Source: Saccostrea cucullata (Eukaryota). From it: DNA of 64,000 nucleotides. Positions within the stretch are counted from its first letter, which is position 1, and every line of letters starts with the position of its first letter. A model generated the notes under the pieces. That model worked only from the letters and a program-made list of their open reading frames with translations, searched no databases and was not told where the DNA came from. The stretch is from NCBI RefSeq assembly GCF_032062105.1, contig NW_026930714.1, positions 1 to 64,000 of the forward strand, given 5' to 3'. A program made the translations under genes and the position numbers. Below are positions 1 through 13,688 of this stretch, piece by piece.

Positions 1-1240
1 CATAATATTTGTTAATCAGAGCAACCCACATTCATTAGAATACATGTATAAAATTTGCAAGAAGTAATTATTGTATCAAACAAATCGTACTGACTTTTTA
101 ATAAAAGTTTGTACAATAGAAAATAGGTATTCCTTTAATATCATATAACGTTTCATCTCCCCAAAGTAAAGTGTGAGTATCGAGAGTATGTAATTTACGG
201 TTGTTTAATGAGTTGAAAAGTCGTTATTTTTTTTATTTATTTATTTAAGCAGAATTTTATATCTAAAAACATTCACTTTCAAATTTTATGCTTTAAAGAT
301 ATTAATGGTGGAAAACTGAGTAATTACAAACTGCATAAATAAAATCATATATTACTGCCTTTAAAAACGAAGATTACCTTTCAGTTTCCATACAAGTATA
401 AATGTTATTAACTGACTTGAAATAAAAATATATCGGAAAACAGTTTATCATATTTTCGGAATATATCATTACAATTGATGAATGACAATATTCAAAGGCA
501 AAGATATGCGTATTCAAGTCAAAAATGCAAATATGATATTTGCATAAATCACACAATTGTCCAACCAGCTTTTAACGACTGTCCGAAAAACATCGAGGTG
601 AATAATACACTATTATACTAACGTATCAGTAAAAAGGGCGGCTTTCTTTGGATAAGGCATTATTTCTATAAAAATATTCTGACCTGTGACAGCCGCCGTA
701 TGCTTTTCTGGAATCACGTACAGAAAATTATTGTCTTATACAAATCATAGCCATGATGACGATTTGTCATCCCCTGGCATATTTAAGACCAATCAGTTCG
801 ATATATCGATAGATTTGATCTGTCTGCACGTTAGGAGACCAGGTAAGACTAGCCTCCTTCTCTTTATTTCTTCGAAAATGTCCTTTTTTTCTCTCCATCT
901 GAGAAACTCGAATTTAACTTTACATTGAGTTGATGTTCTTTTGAACTAATCTAAACAAACACTCTTTTCTATAAGTGGAATTTTCTTTTTTGACATCTAC
1001 TTAGGTAAAGATTTGTCCATGAACCTATTAAGAACAAATGCAAATGTTTGAATGTTTTTTTAAGTTAGCTTGAAAGTGCTTTTTCCTCTTCAAATGAATC
1101 ACTGAAAATGAAATGTGATTAATAATTTTTTTTTTTTTTTTACAAATTTAAAGCTTTTTATTTACTTTAATTTTGAAGCCTTCCTGGTATAAAACTTTAA
1201 CTAAAACAAGACTTACAACATGTTATCAATATCTAAAGTA

Positions 1241-3085
1241 CAAGTTAGCAGCATATAAATATTTCTTCGAAATCTTTGATTAGTACTGAAATATGAACAA
1301 TGTCATTAAAGTAATGAAAGGGGTGCATTAGATCATTTGCGGAACAAGAATTATTTGATTTTAGCTATCCAATGGAATACACAATCATATTTTCCCCTAT
1401 CAGATGCACTAATAACACAGTCTTAGCATAAATCAAAATTGACCACCTATGATAAAATTTGTAACTAGCTAAATCAGAGTTACATGTACATGTATTTAAA
1501 TCGTATTTCATTCAACGAGATAAAACTTATTCTCTTCAATAACGGTTTGTTTTCTTTATAAACAAGTCTAATCTCAAACATCTTTTCTTGAAGATTCAAA
1601 TTGCTAATAAACCAATAATAAATGAAACAATATCAAACCTTGGTTTTCTAGCTGGACTACTCAGTCAGTACATATTTGTAGGTGACAAAATGCACGTCTA
1701 TTTCTGGAATATATCGTAAAATCGATTTCTGTCACCTTTGGGGTTAGAAAGTGGTATTTTATTATTGAGACATGACCACAAAACTATAAACTAAAAATAC
1801 GTGAATGATGATGCACAGTGTATTTAACAAGCATTTCCTTACAAGCACGCAAATGAGAATGAAAGATCTAAAATCACTAGAGAAGTCGATATAAATTTTA
1901 TATCAGGCCATGATCACGTTTTATTGTTTGTTAAGTTAGCAGCATATAAATTTTTTCATTAAAAAATCTATTTTTATATATTATTGATTTTTATATGCAA
2001 ACAGCATTTGTTTAATTATCATTAAAGTAATATGAAAAGGGTGCATGTTTATGATCATTTGAACATAAATCAAAGAAAATTATTTGATTTTCAGAATATG
2101 AAATTGTTAATACATTTAACTTCAAATTTTTCCCTTATTCAGAATTTTAAAAATGCACTAATTCAAACTTTACATTCTTGAAAACAGGTATATATCAAAA
2201 TTGACCATGACCTATGATAAAATTTGTAACTAGCTAAATCAGAGTTACATGTACATGTATTTAAATCGTATTTCATTCAGCGAGTATAAAAAGTTTTCTC
2301 TTCAATAATATTTGTTTTCTTAGGGCAAGTCTAATCTCAAACAGTTTTGTAAAATGTGCTTTATAGATTCAAATTGCTAATAAACCAATAATAAATGAAA
2401 CAATATCAAACCTTGGTTTTCTAGCTGGACTACTCAGTCAGTACATATTTGTAGGTGACAAAATGCACGTCTATTTCTGGAATATATGTAAAATCGAATT
2501 TCTTTGTGCTTTCTATATTAATACCTTTGGGGTTAGTTTAAGAGTTGGTAAAATGTTTTATAAATAATAATTAATTTCATTACAACATGTATTGGTAACA
2601 ATGCTTTATAAATAATAAAAATACGTGAATGATGATGCACAGTGTATTTAACAAGCATTTCCTTACAAGCACGCAAATGAGAATGAAAGATCTAAAATCA
2701 CTAGAGAAGTCGATATAAATTTTATATCTGTTAAGGCCATGATCACGTTTTTTTGTTTGTTAAGTCGTTCCAAGATTATTATTAAACTGAATTTTTTCAT
2801 TAAAAAATTATTTTTATATATTATTATTTTTATATGCAAACAGAGCATTTGTTTAATTATCACTATGAAATCTAATATGCCACATAAACCAATCTTGCTA
2901 AATGTAAACGTAACGAACATAAATCAAGAGAAAATGTCCATGAAGTGTGAGCACGATTTTCATGAATATGAAATTGTTATGCTTCATTTAACTTCAAATT
3001 TTTCAGTCCTTATTGACAGTTGAATTTTAAAAATGGTTCTATATTCAAACTTTACATTCTTGAAAAGCTAGGTATATATCATTTT
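1241..3085. repeat. Imperfect local tandem duplication (offset ~700-820 bp), possibly an assembly or consensus artefact
   Basis: Long near-identical blocks recur: 1431-1720 at ~2195-2490 and 1795-1930 at ~2617-2760. The middle copy is a mosaic of both neighbours. Confidence 0.75.
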
Positions 3086-3363
3086 GTGACTGAACATTAG
3101 CAATCTTGTGTATATGAGTGAGATGGGGAGCTTTCTTTACTTTTCGGTCGTATTTCTGTTTTTTTACATTTGATTTTCTTTCCACTCTGTAGAGATGTAA
3201 GAAATGTAAAGGGCAATAAAGTAGCTTTATAGAAATTGGCTCCTCTGCTATTTACATATATATACATGTACATGCATATCTGTTTATGTACTATTTATTT
3301 ATTTTATTTGTTTATTTATTTATTTATTTATTTAATTTTTACATTTTATGTAGAGCTTTGAAG

Positions 3364-3537
3364 ATGGGAAACCTAGCTTACCTCGTGTTCGCTCTTCTGC
3401 TAGTGGTCATCCTGAGCTTGTCGGCGGAAGCCTTTCCATACTTCGATGATTTTGAGTACCCCAGATTCTTCCGCCCCTCCCGCTCATTCTATCCATTCTT
3501 CGGTGGATTCGGTGATGACTTCTTCGATGACGATTGA
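3364..3537 (+). CDS. Small secreted Phe/Asp-rich peptide (57 aa; ~23-aa signal peptide plus 34-aa mature region)
   Basis: Polypyrimidine tract and TAG acceptor at 3351-3353, then ATG at 3364. Translation MGNLAYLVFALLLVVILSLSAEA|FPYFDDFEYPRFFRPSRSFYPFFGGFGDDFFDDD has an A-x-A cleavage motif. GC is higher than in the flanks. Confidence 0.75.
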   Translation: MGNLAYLVFALLLVVILSLSAEAFPYFDDFEYPRFFRPSRSFYPFFGGFGDDFFDDD

Positions 3538-3659
3538 TCATGGTAAAATTTTCTCTAATCATATTTTGTATAACAATGCAATCATTTCTATTGTGGATAA
3601 TCTCCCATTCTAGAAATTTGAAGCAATCATGATTCGTATTTAAAGCATGCATGAAATAT

Positions 3660-4445
3660 ATGGGGATAACGAACAGTATTCAAGATCAAAAGTCCATAAA
3701 ACAATACAAAATAGGAGCAGAGCAAACACGGAACTCCAAAACATCGGAGGTGGGATCAGGTGCCATATTTTGATTGTACACACAAATATGTTGAGGTTGA
3801 TATAAAAAGATGTTTGAGTTTCTAATTGACAATCTCTATGTGATTTTTTATTGAGATCAGGTCTTCCACAATTAATCTAATGGAATTCCCATGGGTAGCA
3901 ATTGCGCCCTGTTATTAGCAAAACTAACTTTTCCGTATGAAGCAGAATTTGTTCAAAATCTTATACGTGAAAAAAGAAGAAAACACTTGTTGTGGTCTTC
4001 CGCAGAATATTTAGAAACTGGTATATCAATGACGCTTTGTCAACTAACGATAGTAATTTCCACTCTTATGATGATATATCCCGGTGAACTTGAAATAAAC
4101 AATACCATAGAGTCCGAAACATGTTTCATATTTTGAATTTTTTTTTTCAAAAAAAAAGACGTTAATGATAATCTAGCAACAATGGTAAATTATAAAGGTG
4201 ATGTCAAATGTTGACTGACGTTTTCACACATATTGTTAGGCCATTATTTGAATACAGAATTGTCGAAAGATTGTTCCGTTAATTCCCGATCTTTACAAGG
4301 AGCACACGGCGGGTGTAACCGGTTGCATGGTACGGGATGCTTACTCCTCCTTGGCACTTGATTCCATCTCTGATGTCTTAGAGGTCCGTTTTGTTCTGCT
4401 TTCGTTTTTTATTGTTTAATGAACTACGAACTTGAATATTGTTCG
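3660..4445 (+). mobile_element. Degenerate Penelope-like retroelement fragment (RT remnant plus 3' segment; short inverted piece at ~3660-3765)
   Basis: GIPMGSNCA-LLA and IYPGELEI RT motifs with frameshifts. The 3' segment is shared with other copies in the window. Confidence 0.75.
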
Positions 4446-7400
4446 TTACCATCATATATTTCAAGGTTACTTAAATGTAAAAATTAAGAGGTCTATAGTC
4501 ATTACATGTATATTAATTTGCACTTTTCTTAATTTTATTTTCACAGAAAAAGGCCATCACATTTTTTTCTCTTCTTTTACAGTTAGAAATCAATTCATCT
4601 CAAGAAGCACCAACTCAAATACATATTGCACGGAGCATAAGGTCTCCAAAATCAAATAAATTTTGTTAATTTGCTTCTAATTTGTTGTATATTTTTTAAT
4701 ACACAGACAAATTGCAATGATCTTGTTCGGACATAGAGAGGACAACGATCAAAAGGGTCTGCATGTCCTAAAGATGTTTTCTACAGATAAACACAATCTT
4801 TACTACTAGTATGTCGTGGTATTCAAAGAAAGGAAAAAAAATAGGCATTGCAAAATGTGCATTTAATATTTCGAAAAAAAAAATCATTTCTGTTAAGATC
4901 TTCACCAAAGTGTCTGCGTAGATGTCAATTTGCTTTTTCTGTTATTCAATATTTGCTTTTTTGAAGTACGTGTCAGAAGTCTGTTTAAAGTATCCAATCC
5001 CTTGTGTAATAGATATTTCATGAATTATTTTTCGCATTTCACTAGGTTTCAGGGTTCAAAAGTATTTACAAACACAAGTGTTCCTTCTTTCAGTATTTAT
5101 ATTAGACAAGCATGCAGTAATGTCGTTGATATCCTTCAAAAATATGATTTTTTTACTGTTTATTTAACAAACACGAGAAAACATGTAGAGACCTAAACTT
5201 AAAGTTAAACAAATCTTGTTTTTTCGTTACTCAGAAGTCAGAAGCCTTAGTTTCTAAAATATTTTCTTTCTCGATCTATTATGTATTATAGAAATTTCCG
5301 TTAACATGTAATATTAACATAACTTATAATATTTTGTTAATTCTATTAAATGAGAAAAACTCTTCATTCATTTTTGGTTTAGCTTTTCTAGATGAATCGT
5401 ACAATATCTAGTTCAATTTCTTTAAAAATTAATTTATCAGATGGACTGCATTTTTATCTCTATTATTAAAAGTAAATGAACTGGAATACATGTTCAAAAG
5501 GTATCCTGTGATGAAATAAAAATATTTTCATATCAATATCGACCACATTATACATACATAGTAAGGAGATATAGGGTTCAAATAAATCCACTCCAAGATA
5601 TACTCCGTGTACATTGTACTCTGCACTCTGTTGGCTTTAGGAATATTATTAAGTATGTAACACAAATCGCAGCAACCAGACAAGGTTTTAAACGTTTTAA
5701 GATTCTTTTCTTTCGTTTATCTTCGTTACCTAATTTTGTGTCTGTTCTTACAATTTGATATTGTACAAGGGGGTAGGAATTTAATCCAACTATGAATACG
5801 CCCATTTCAAACTGTCAGATAGCACTTAAGACTGTTACTAATGATGTTTTCTGAAAGTTAGGCAAGAAGTATTTTAGCATTTTCTTTACATACAGTATTA
5901 TTTTTTAAATGAATTGAAAATTGATATGATGATTAAGTGTTATAATAAATTGAAAAAGTAATATACCGAAATTCGTTCAAAAAATAAATCACTAAAATAT
6001 CTTAATATAGAGATTTATCTGGGCGTTCATTAGTAGTAGAATTTTAATTTGTCAAATAAACTCATTCAATTCATAATTAATTTTCAATAAGATAAGCTTA
6101 CGATTAGATGTCCTTAGAACAAAGAAACGAAAAAAAGAAGAGGTGCACATGGTGTATCGTTCCTTTTGGAAACGATTTGATTTAATTCAAACAGAAAATC
6201 CATATGTGTAAGGAATTTTATTTTGTTATCAACGATTGTCCCCGGATATCGGGGCAAACTTGGAGTGGATAGTCCACAACCTGCTATCTTTAAAAGTTCA
6301 GAAATGGGTCAGGAATCTTCGTAAGAGAATCAATACATATCGGCGAGAGGTTCTTCGATTTTAAAGGGAGTAAAGCAAATTAAAGATCACCGATCGACTC
6401 CGTTATGCAAGATTGGAGGCTTTCACTTAACTTTTAAAAGTTTGTCTTCGGCATAGGAGTGTATATTTATAAACCGAGAGATATTGGTAAATGTTCTTAC
6501 CCTGAGAGAGGATTTTCTAGCAAAACATGTTTAAAAATAGATATTGGAGATAGACGTATGGTCTTCAAGGTGTGAATCAAGACACGTGCACAGGTAATTT
6601 GTAATCCAAAGAAAAAAACAATATTGAAGGAAAACGAATCAACTTGTGAAATAAAGAGAGAATACTGGTGGATAGGAGAATAAATCACATTGGACAGGTG
6701 AGTTTACCACTGCCTTATCTTTTAAACGTTTTCCAATTACACGAGAAATATCGGTTTACAAATTACATGGGGCCTGACAAGCTGTTTACAACATACTGAA
6801 TAGTTGAACAATTTTGTGTTTAAGATTCTAAACAGATCTGCGCATATTTGATTCCTTGCCTCTACATTTTTTCTCATGTTCATATAATTATATAGATTAG
6901 TATATTACAATGATTGTAATTTTAAGGGGGACATGAATTTCAAAGATGACTTTAGTTTTTAACATTTTCATTTTTTTTTAAATTATTAAATAACTATCTT
7001 CAATGTTGCCACTTTGAACACTGTTTTGCAATCTTGAGAACGATTGCTAACTTCTCCTTTAGCAGATTCAGTGCATATCTATTAAATTGTTGCTCTCAGA
7101 TGAAAATAAATTATACATTCATTTCACTAAATTCTAAATTAACAATTTTGAAAATGTAAATTGCTATATAAATTTAACACTACTTACATTTTAATTCAAA
7201 ATAGAAGAAACAAGCTTAAAAGTGAAATGATGATATAAAAGAAAACGAATGGGATTTAATCGAAAGAGAATATTCTCCGATTCTTTAATAGCATGAAATT
7301 AACGTTCTGTCAACCCTGAATAAAACCAGACCAAATTAAAAATATGCATTTTCTTTTATTATATTGAACCCTCATTGATAACCGGAATCTATTTAACGTA

Positions 7401-7644
7401 TTGAATTTTCAATAATACCGTCGGTTTCAATAGTGTTAAATAAATATTTCCTCTTGTCAACGAAGCTCGTCGTCTACATTTAAATTACAGTGCATATTCT
7501 AAAGTAGGCGTCTTCTTACTGAAAAGAAGACAAGTGTTACATACACGCCACTATTTGTTTGCTTCATTGTTCCTTAGTTGATTAAATTTTACATGTATAA
7601 GATAAGAAATTTTTTAATCATTAAGAATACACCAAAAATATCTA

Positions 7645-8686
7645 CAGGGTGTTTCACAATATATGTCACACATCTAAATGGGCATAATCTGAATATTGAG
7701 CATGATAACAAAAATACCAAAACACTATAGGAAAGCAAATAGATCTAAAATTATGATATTGCAAAGTATTGGGGAAATTATAATATATCATGAAGTAACT
7801 GATGATATAATCAGTGACCTCATAATGTCAGCTTTTCTCAAAATGGAGTACAACTTGCAGCAAAAATTGGTTGTAAACTTTAATTATTAGAACGATATCC
7901 TGAATATTGTACAGGGTGTGATGATGAAAAATATTCAGACCACAAATTCTTGTCTAGTTTTCATATATTAAGAAAAATAAGAGAGTTTGAACTAAATTTT
8001 AATGTTAAGATGAAAGACAGCTACATTCTGCCCCCCCCCCCCCCCCCAAAAAAAAAGAGAAGAAATGAGAACAATATTAAAGTGAAGTCAATCATTGAGA
8101 AAACCTCATAAAAGTTAGATCTGAGTTTTTGAAAATGGATTGTAACAATGCCGGTTAGTGCATCAAGTGTATTTAGAAATCTTAAATTTGAGTTGTTTGT
8201 CTGCATACAAGATTTCAGCATGTAAAGTCCGTTGACTTTCAGAGCTCGTTCAAGTTTGCAAGACTGACTGAAAGGAAGAGCGAAATGGGCACCAGTTAAC
8301 ACATGCAGGTAGTTCTGAAATGACACATTTATTTATATGCAACTTTAATTAAAAATAGATAATTATGTATTTTGAGGGTTCTAAGAAGCCAGATATAAAA
8401 CAAGAAAAGTCTCAAGTATCCTGTGAAACTTACAAAACAGTGGTCAGAAATTTCTATGCATTAGTCTCATAAGTTATTTAGGATATAATGTTGGGAAACA
8501 CTTGGAAAATAACGTTTAAGGATATGTTGCCATAGTAACTGAAGTGGAAAATGTTGGATACTTCTAACCCAAAAAAATAATTTTGAATTTATGCTGATTA
8601 AAATGATATATAAAATGTATATTTAGCTTTAGTTGTCATTTATCTATCTGTCTTTAGATGTGTGACATATATTGTGAAACACCCTG
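7645..8686. mobile_element. Non-autonomous Tc1/mariner-type DNA element (MITE)
   Basis: Perfect 34-bp TIR CAGGGTGTTTCACAATATATGTCACACATCTAAA at both ends, each flanked by TA. No transposase ORF. Confidence 0.9.
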
Positions 8687-9539
8687 TACATGTATAAATA
8701 GGTATGTAGTGAGAAAAATCAGCTTCACTTTTCGGTAAGGGGAGTTTTAAAAATAAAATTATGGGAAGGATTTTTAACACGTTTGAAAATATTGTAGGCA
8801 ACAGATTTCTTAACAAGTCATATTAAAAAAAAAAATAAAACATGCATAAAAAGACAAAAATATCTTAATAATCTTTTTAAACAGAAGAAAAAGTCAAAAT
8901 GGATTGATAATCTTTTCCCAGTAATATTTTAAATCTTATATATTTTATATAGATGATTGAAATATATATCATAAATTACCATGAATGTTGTTTTTAATTC
9001 AGTGTATGATAAAACATATAGATTTATCATGGCTCAAACCGCCTTTAAATAAATGCATTGAAATAATAAAAACATATGGTTTGGAATCTACATTAAAATC
9101 ATTTCCTACGAGTTTACCTTTAACAAGTGACAGATACTTTGTCTGTCCAGTGAAACTCTATAACTTTCAAATGCTTTTTGTTTGAACAAGGAAAGAGTGG
9201 ATTAAATGAAATTGATTTATTTTACGTCTGCTGTCAAACAATCGAATACCAGTATTAGAGAGTGGGCATCTATGCTCTATAAATAAGATTCAGGTCTTAA
9301 CTGTTTTTAACAACCTAGAAAAAAATTCAAATTTATTCTTCCGAAGCATTATGACAACTCTCTAAGGAAAATGCAGATCTTAAGACTGTTGAATAACTGG
9401 AACAAAATTTAAAAAATAATTCAGTTAAAAAACTCTAATCAGTCATTCAGCAAAAAGTGATAAAATAATAATTTTATTTCTCTGTCGCTAGCAAATTTAT
9501 CTTTAACATACACACATATAATTTCATATATTTTCTTGC

Positions 9540-10505
9540 CTTGGTCATTTGCTAAATTTTTTTTAAAAACATTCTGATTCTACACACAAGTACTCTGAAG
9601 TCGCCATAAAAAAGATGCTTGAGTTTGAGTGCTTGAGTTTCTGATTGACATTATCTATGTTGTTTTTAGAGACCAGGTCTTCGACCAATCTATTGGAATT
9701 CCAATGGGTATCAACTGCGCCCCGTTATTAGCAGACCTATTCTAAATCTTATGCATGAATATAAGAAAACACTTGCTGTAGCCTTCAACTCGACATTTAG
9801 ATATATCAACGACGTTTTATCAATGAACAATGGTAATTTCCATTCTTATGTAGATACGATATATCCCGGTGAACTTGAACTAAAAGACAACAGAGTCTAA
9901 CACATCTGCTTTATATCTAGATATTTTTCTTGAAAAAGACGTTAATGGTAAGCTAACAAACAAGCTCGATGATAAACGTGATGACTTTAACTTTTTCTAT
10001 TAACTAATTATGCAGCAATATACTTTCATCACTTGCATACGGAGTTCATATATCTCAGTTGATTCGATACGTATATGCAAAGGCATGCTCTATGTATGAA
10101 CAATTTCTAAAACAAGGTAAATTATTGATAAACAAGTTGATGAAACAAGAATATCACCAGTCTAGTTTAAAGTCGTCATTTCGTAAATTCTATGGTCGAT
10201 TCAATGACCTTGTCAGCAGATGCAATTCATTATTGAGTCAAATGCTGACAGACGTTTTTCATACTAATTGTTAGTCCATTATTTAAACACTGAATTGACG
10301 ACGGATTTTTCCGTTATATCCCGATTCCCGATCATGACAATGAGCATACGGCGGATGTGACCGGTCGGCAGGGGATGCTCACCCATCCATGGCACCTGAT
10401 CCCACCTCTGATGTTTTGATGGTCCATGATGTTTTGCTCTGCTCCTATTTTGTATTCTTTTATGGACTTTTGATCTTGAATCTTGTTCGTTATCGCCATA
10501 TGTTT
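9540..10505 (+). mobile_element. Degenerate Penelope-like retroelement (RT C-terminal half plus 3' UTR)
   Basis: GIPMGINCAPLLADL, FRYINDVLS, IYPGELELKD and FRKFYGRFNDLV..DVFHTNC* motifs, with stops and frameshifts. Confidence 0.85.
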
Positions 10506-11369
10506 CATAAACATGTTCAAATAATGACTACAGTTAAAGTTTTGACATATGAACATAAAAATAATTAGATTTCGCTATGAAATTTTCAGTTCCTTATCGT
10601 TCCGAGTTAATAAATATTAAAAAAAAATTAATTTCTCATATAAAAGGAAAATTCATATTCTCACAAAATATGCATGAAACTTGTATTATAATGAATCAAG
10701 TCATGCCGCAAAAATTATACCATATGATATAACTTTATCTTTTAAATTGTACATACCATGCAGAACTGAAAATGAAATGGAACTTACCTTAGGGTGAACT
10801 TGTAACATTTTGTTATCCATTCAAGTAACGTGACGTCAGATATTTAAGCCTGTTCATTTTCGATGTAACAAATGACAGACATTAAGGAATTGTCTTTCCT
10901 TAGACTTAATCTTCCAGAACTATGTGATGCTGGAAAGCAGTTTTAATATCTTGAAAACGAAATGCTGAATAGTTTTGGATAAAATTGTAAGATAAAACCG
11001 TTAAAAGTACGTTTTGTGTGAAAATAAACGTTTTCACTCCCCAAAAGTTAAATTTGATACAGGAAATCGTTTTTAAACACCGTTCTATACTTGTCATCCA
11101 AGTGTCGCAGTGGTTGGAAGGACTTTTTTCATGTTGTTACAAATTATTACTGTCAGGGACCACTTAAGGGTATACAATATAAACAAAACAGTTGTTCCAA
11201 ATATTCAATTACTAGTATGCTATGCATCTTTTAGTTTCTATAGATGTGTTTCAGTTCACTTAGAAAAAGAAACGGATATGTCCCGAATTTTGATATCGTT
11301 ATCATTTTCTAACAATTTTGATAAACTTGCTGTCATAAGACAGAGCTACATAACAAGATTCATGTAAAG

Positions 11370-11990
11370 ATAAAGAGCAATGATAATACTCAAAGTCCAA
11401 TTTATTAATTCAATTTGTAAGCACAGCAAACAATGATCTCTGAAACAGAGACAGGATTAGGTATTACAGAGAAGAGAGATTCCCTGCCGTCCAATTAGTC
11501 TCCAAGTTCTTCTTTTCATGATGAGGAAAACGACAAAAATCAAATGTCAATTCGGTAAACAAAATGATAGCCTTACAATACATATGAAAGACGTCAGTCT
11601 ACAGTCGATTTTTAGCAATAAATTGTATTCACAAAACAAGCCATTGTTGAAAAATGTTGACTTTAAACGAGATTGTTGATATTCATGGATCAACAACTTA
11701 TCTGTAAATGAAGGTTGCCTAGATCGTTTTAGAAATTATTCGTACGTAGAACAGTCTCTTACGTACTAAAAAATTGGAAAAACATGAACTCCATATACAG
11801 GTATATTTCTACATTAAAATAATACAGGAAACTGACCTTAGAACACGTTTATCATAAAATTTATTTGTTGCTTAGCTATCAGTCCCTTTTAATATTACAA
11901 CATCGAGATATGAAACTGTTGCTTCAGACTCTATGATGTTCTTTATTTCAAAGATGCATAGCTAAAGACAGATATGTAAAATAATCAAAA
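11370..11990 (-). mobile_element. Highly degenerate Penelope-like fragment
   Basis: Reverse-complement similarity to the 9540-10505 family (ccctgccg.., gactttaaacgag.., actccatatacaggt). Confidence 0.5.
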
Positions 11991-12796
11991 TTATTTCAAA
12001 TAGTGATTTTCAAAACGACAAAACGAAATGTTTGCAACGAAATATTTTGAATCTTGTTCCTTTCTTTTATTAAACGCTTAATATTCAATCTCTAGGAAAA
12101 AAGGTTGCAAACATCAGAAATAAATTTTGAGGTCTTCAGTTCCATTTTGAGGGCTCCTCTTTGACGACATGTGTGGTCAAGGTCTCTCAAAAGTTTGAGT
12201 TAGAATCAAACTTTCATTTAGAAATATCATTTTATTCAAAACATGATATTGCCCTTTTACATGCGGCTGACACCAAAGAAAGTTTTGCATTATATTATTC
12301 TTTGTAAGTGACTATAAAACAAAGATCTAAGTGAGAAAGTTTTCATGTGTAACGAAGATATATAGAGCACCAGGCCAAAAAAGAAATAAAGAAAAACACA
12401 GTGTTGGGGTAAATTATCCATGTATATCTTATGAATCTGAAATTTGAGATCAGCTAGGCTTTGTTTTTTTATATTGGAAGGGCATATACTAAGTGTATTT
12501 AAACCTAAAAATAGCTTATATGATTTTGATAACAAAGACATAGTGCCAAAAGTCATTTATATGGTTATTATGCATAAACATTTCTATTTTGAAGGAAATA
12601 AAATATAAAGGTAAGTGACAAATACCTGCCAGCGACTAATTTATATAAAAAATACATTAATTAATTTAGAAATTTATATAAAAACAGTAATGTTATATAT
12701 TATAAATGATCCAACACATGCACATTTTTCATGATACATATTAATGTTCACATTGTTAATTACTTGTATATGCGTTACTTGTACATCTCATTTAAC

Positions 12797-13400
12797 GTCA
12801 TCATTTCGTAAGTTCTATTGGTCGATACAATGACCTTGTCAGCAAATATAATTTATCATTGAGTCAAATGCTGACTGATGTTTTTCATACTGATTGTTAG
12901 TCCATTATTTATAAACTGAATTGACGACGGATTTTTCCGTTATTTCCCGATCATGACAAGGAGCACAAAGAGGGTGTGACCGGTCGGCAGGGGATGTTCA
13001 CTCCTCCATTGGATCTGATCCCTCCTCTGATAATTTGGAGGTCCGTGTTTGTTCTGCTCCTGTTTTGTATTGTTTTATGGACTTTTGATCTCGAACACTG
13101 TTCGTTATCTCCATATGTTTCATTACAATTTCCTAACCGAGACAGGCTATTGACAGATAAGTTGAGGTTAAAGAGATCTTAACAGCCTCGTTTGAAGTCA
13201 GAATTTCCTACATTCTATGAAGGTTTAATTGACCAATATATCCTATCATTTGGCTGTTTTATAACAATTTGTATGCCTAATAGTTCGTATTATATTGAAA
13301 TTACTTCTACCTATTCAACAGAGAGAGCGTACGGAGGGAGTAGTCAGTCGATAGGGGATACTTACTCCTCTTAGGCACCTGATACCATTTCTGGCTTGTA
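12797..13400 (+). mobile_element. Penelope-like 3' fragments (two adjacent pieces)
   Basis: 12797-13115 is near-identical to 10175-10500. A more diverged related piece lies at 13140-13390. Confidence 0.8.
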
Positions 13401-13688
13401 GATCTCAATTGGTCATAATGTTTGTAACATACTGTTATATGTCATATAGAATATACTTTTTCTTCCAAATGTTATCTGACATAACTATAGTCTATACGGA
13501 GTATATGTTTTTAAATTTGATATCGATTATTATACAGATTAAAGAATTGCACTTTTATTCTAATTTTAGGTATCCTTCATTACTTTGATAAGGCTTAGAT
13601 GAGACAAAACAGTATGCGCGGCAGGATTTCTCTTCAGGAGAAATGTCCATTCCTTTACAACAGTTATTTACTAGATCATTAGCCACTC

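Noticed and set aside
660-850. TATA-like box (668) and CAG|GTAAGA donor (843) as the 5' exon of the small peptide gene
   Set aside because: Plausible, but it cannot be supported without transcript data.
6224-6792. Possible solo LTR (TGTT start, TATA and AATAAA-like words, ..ACA end)
   Set aside because: No matching target-site duplication or second copy was found.
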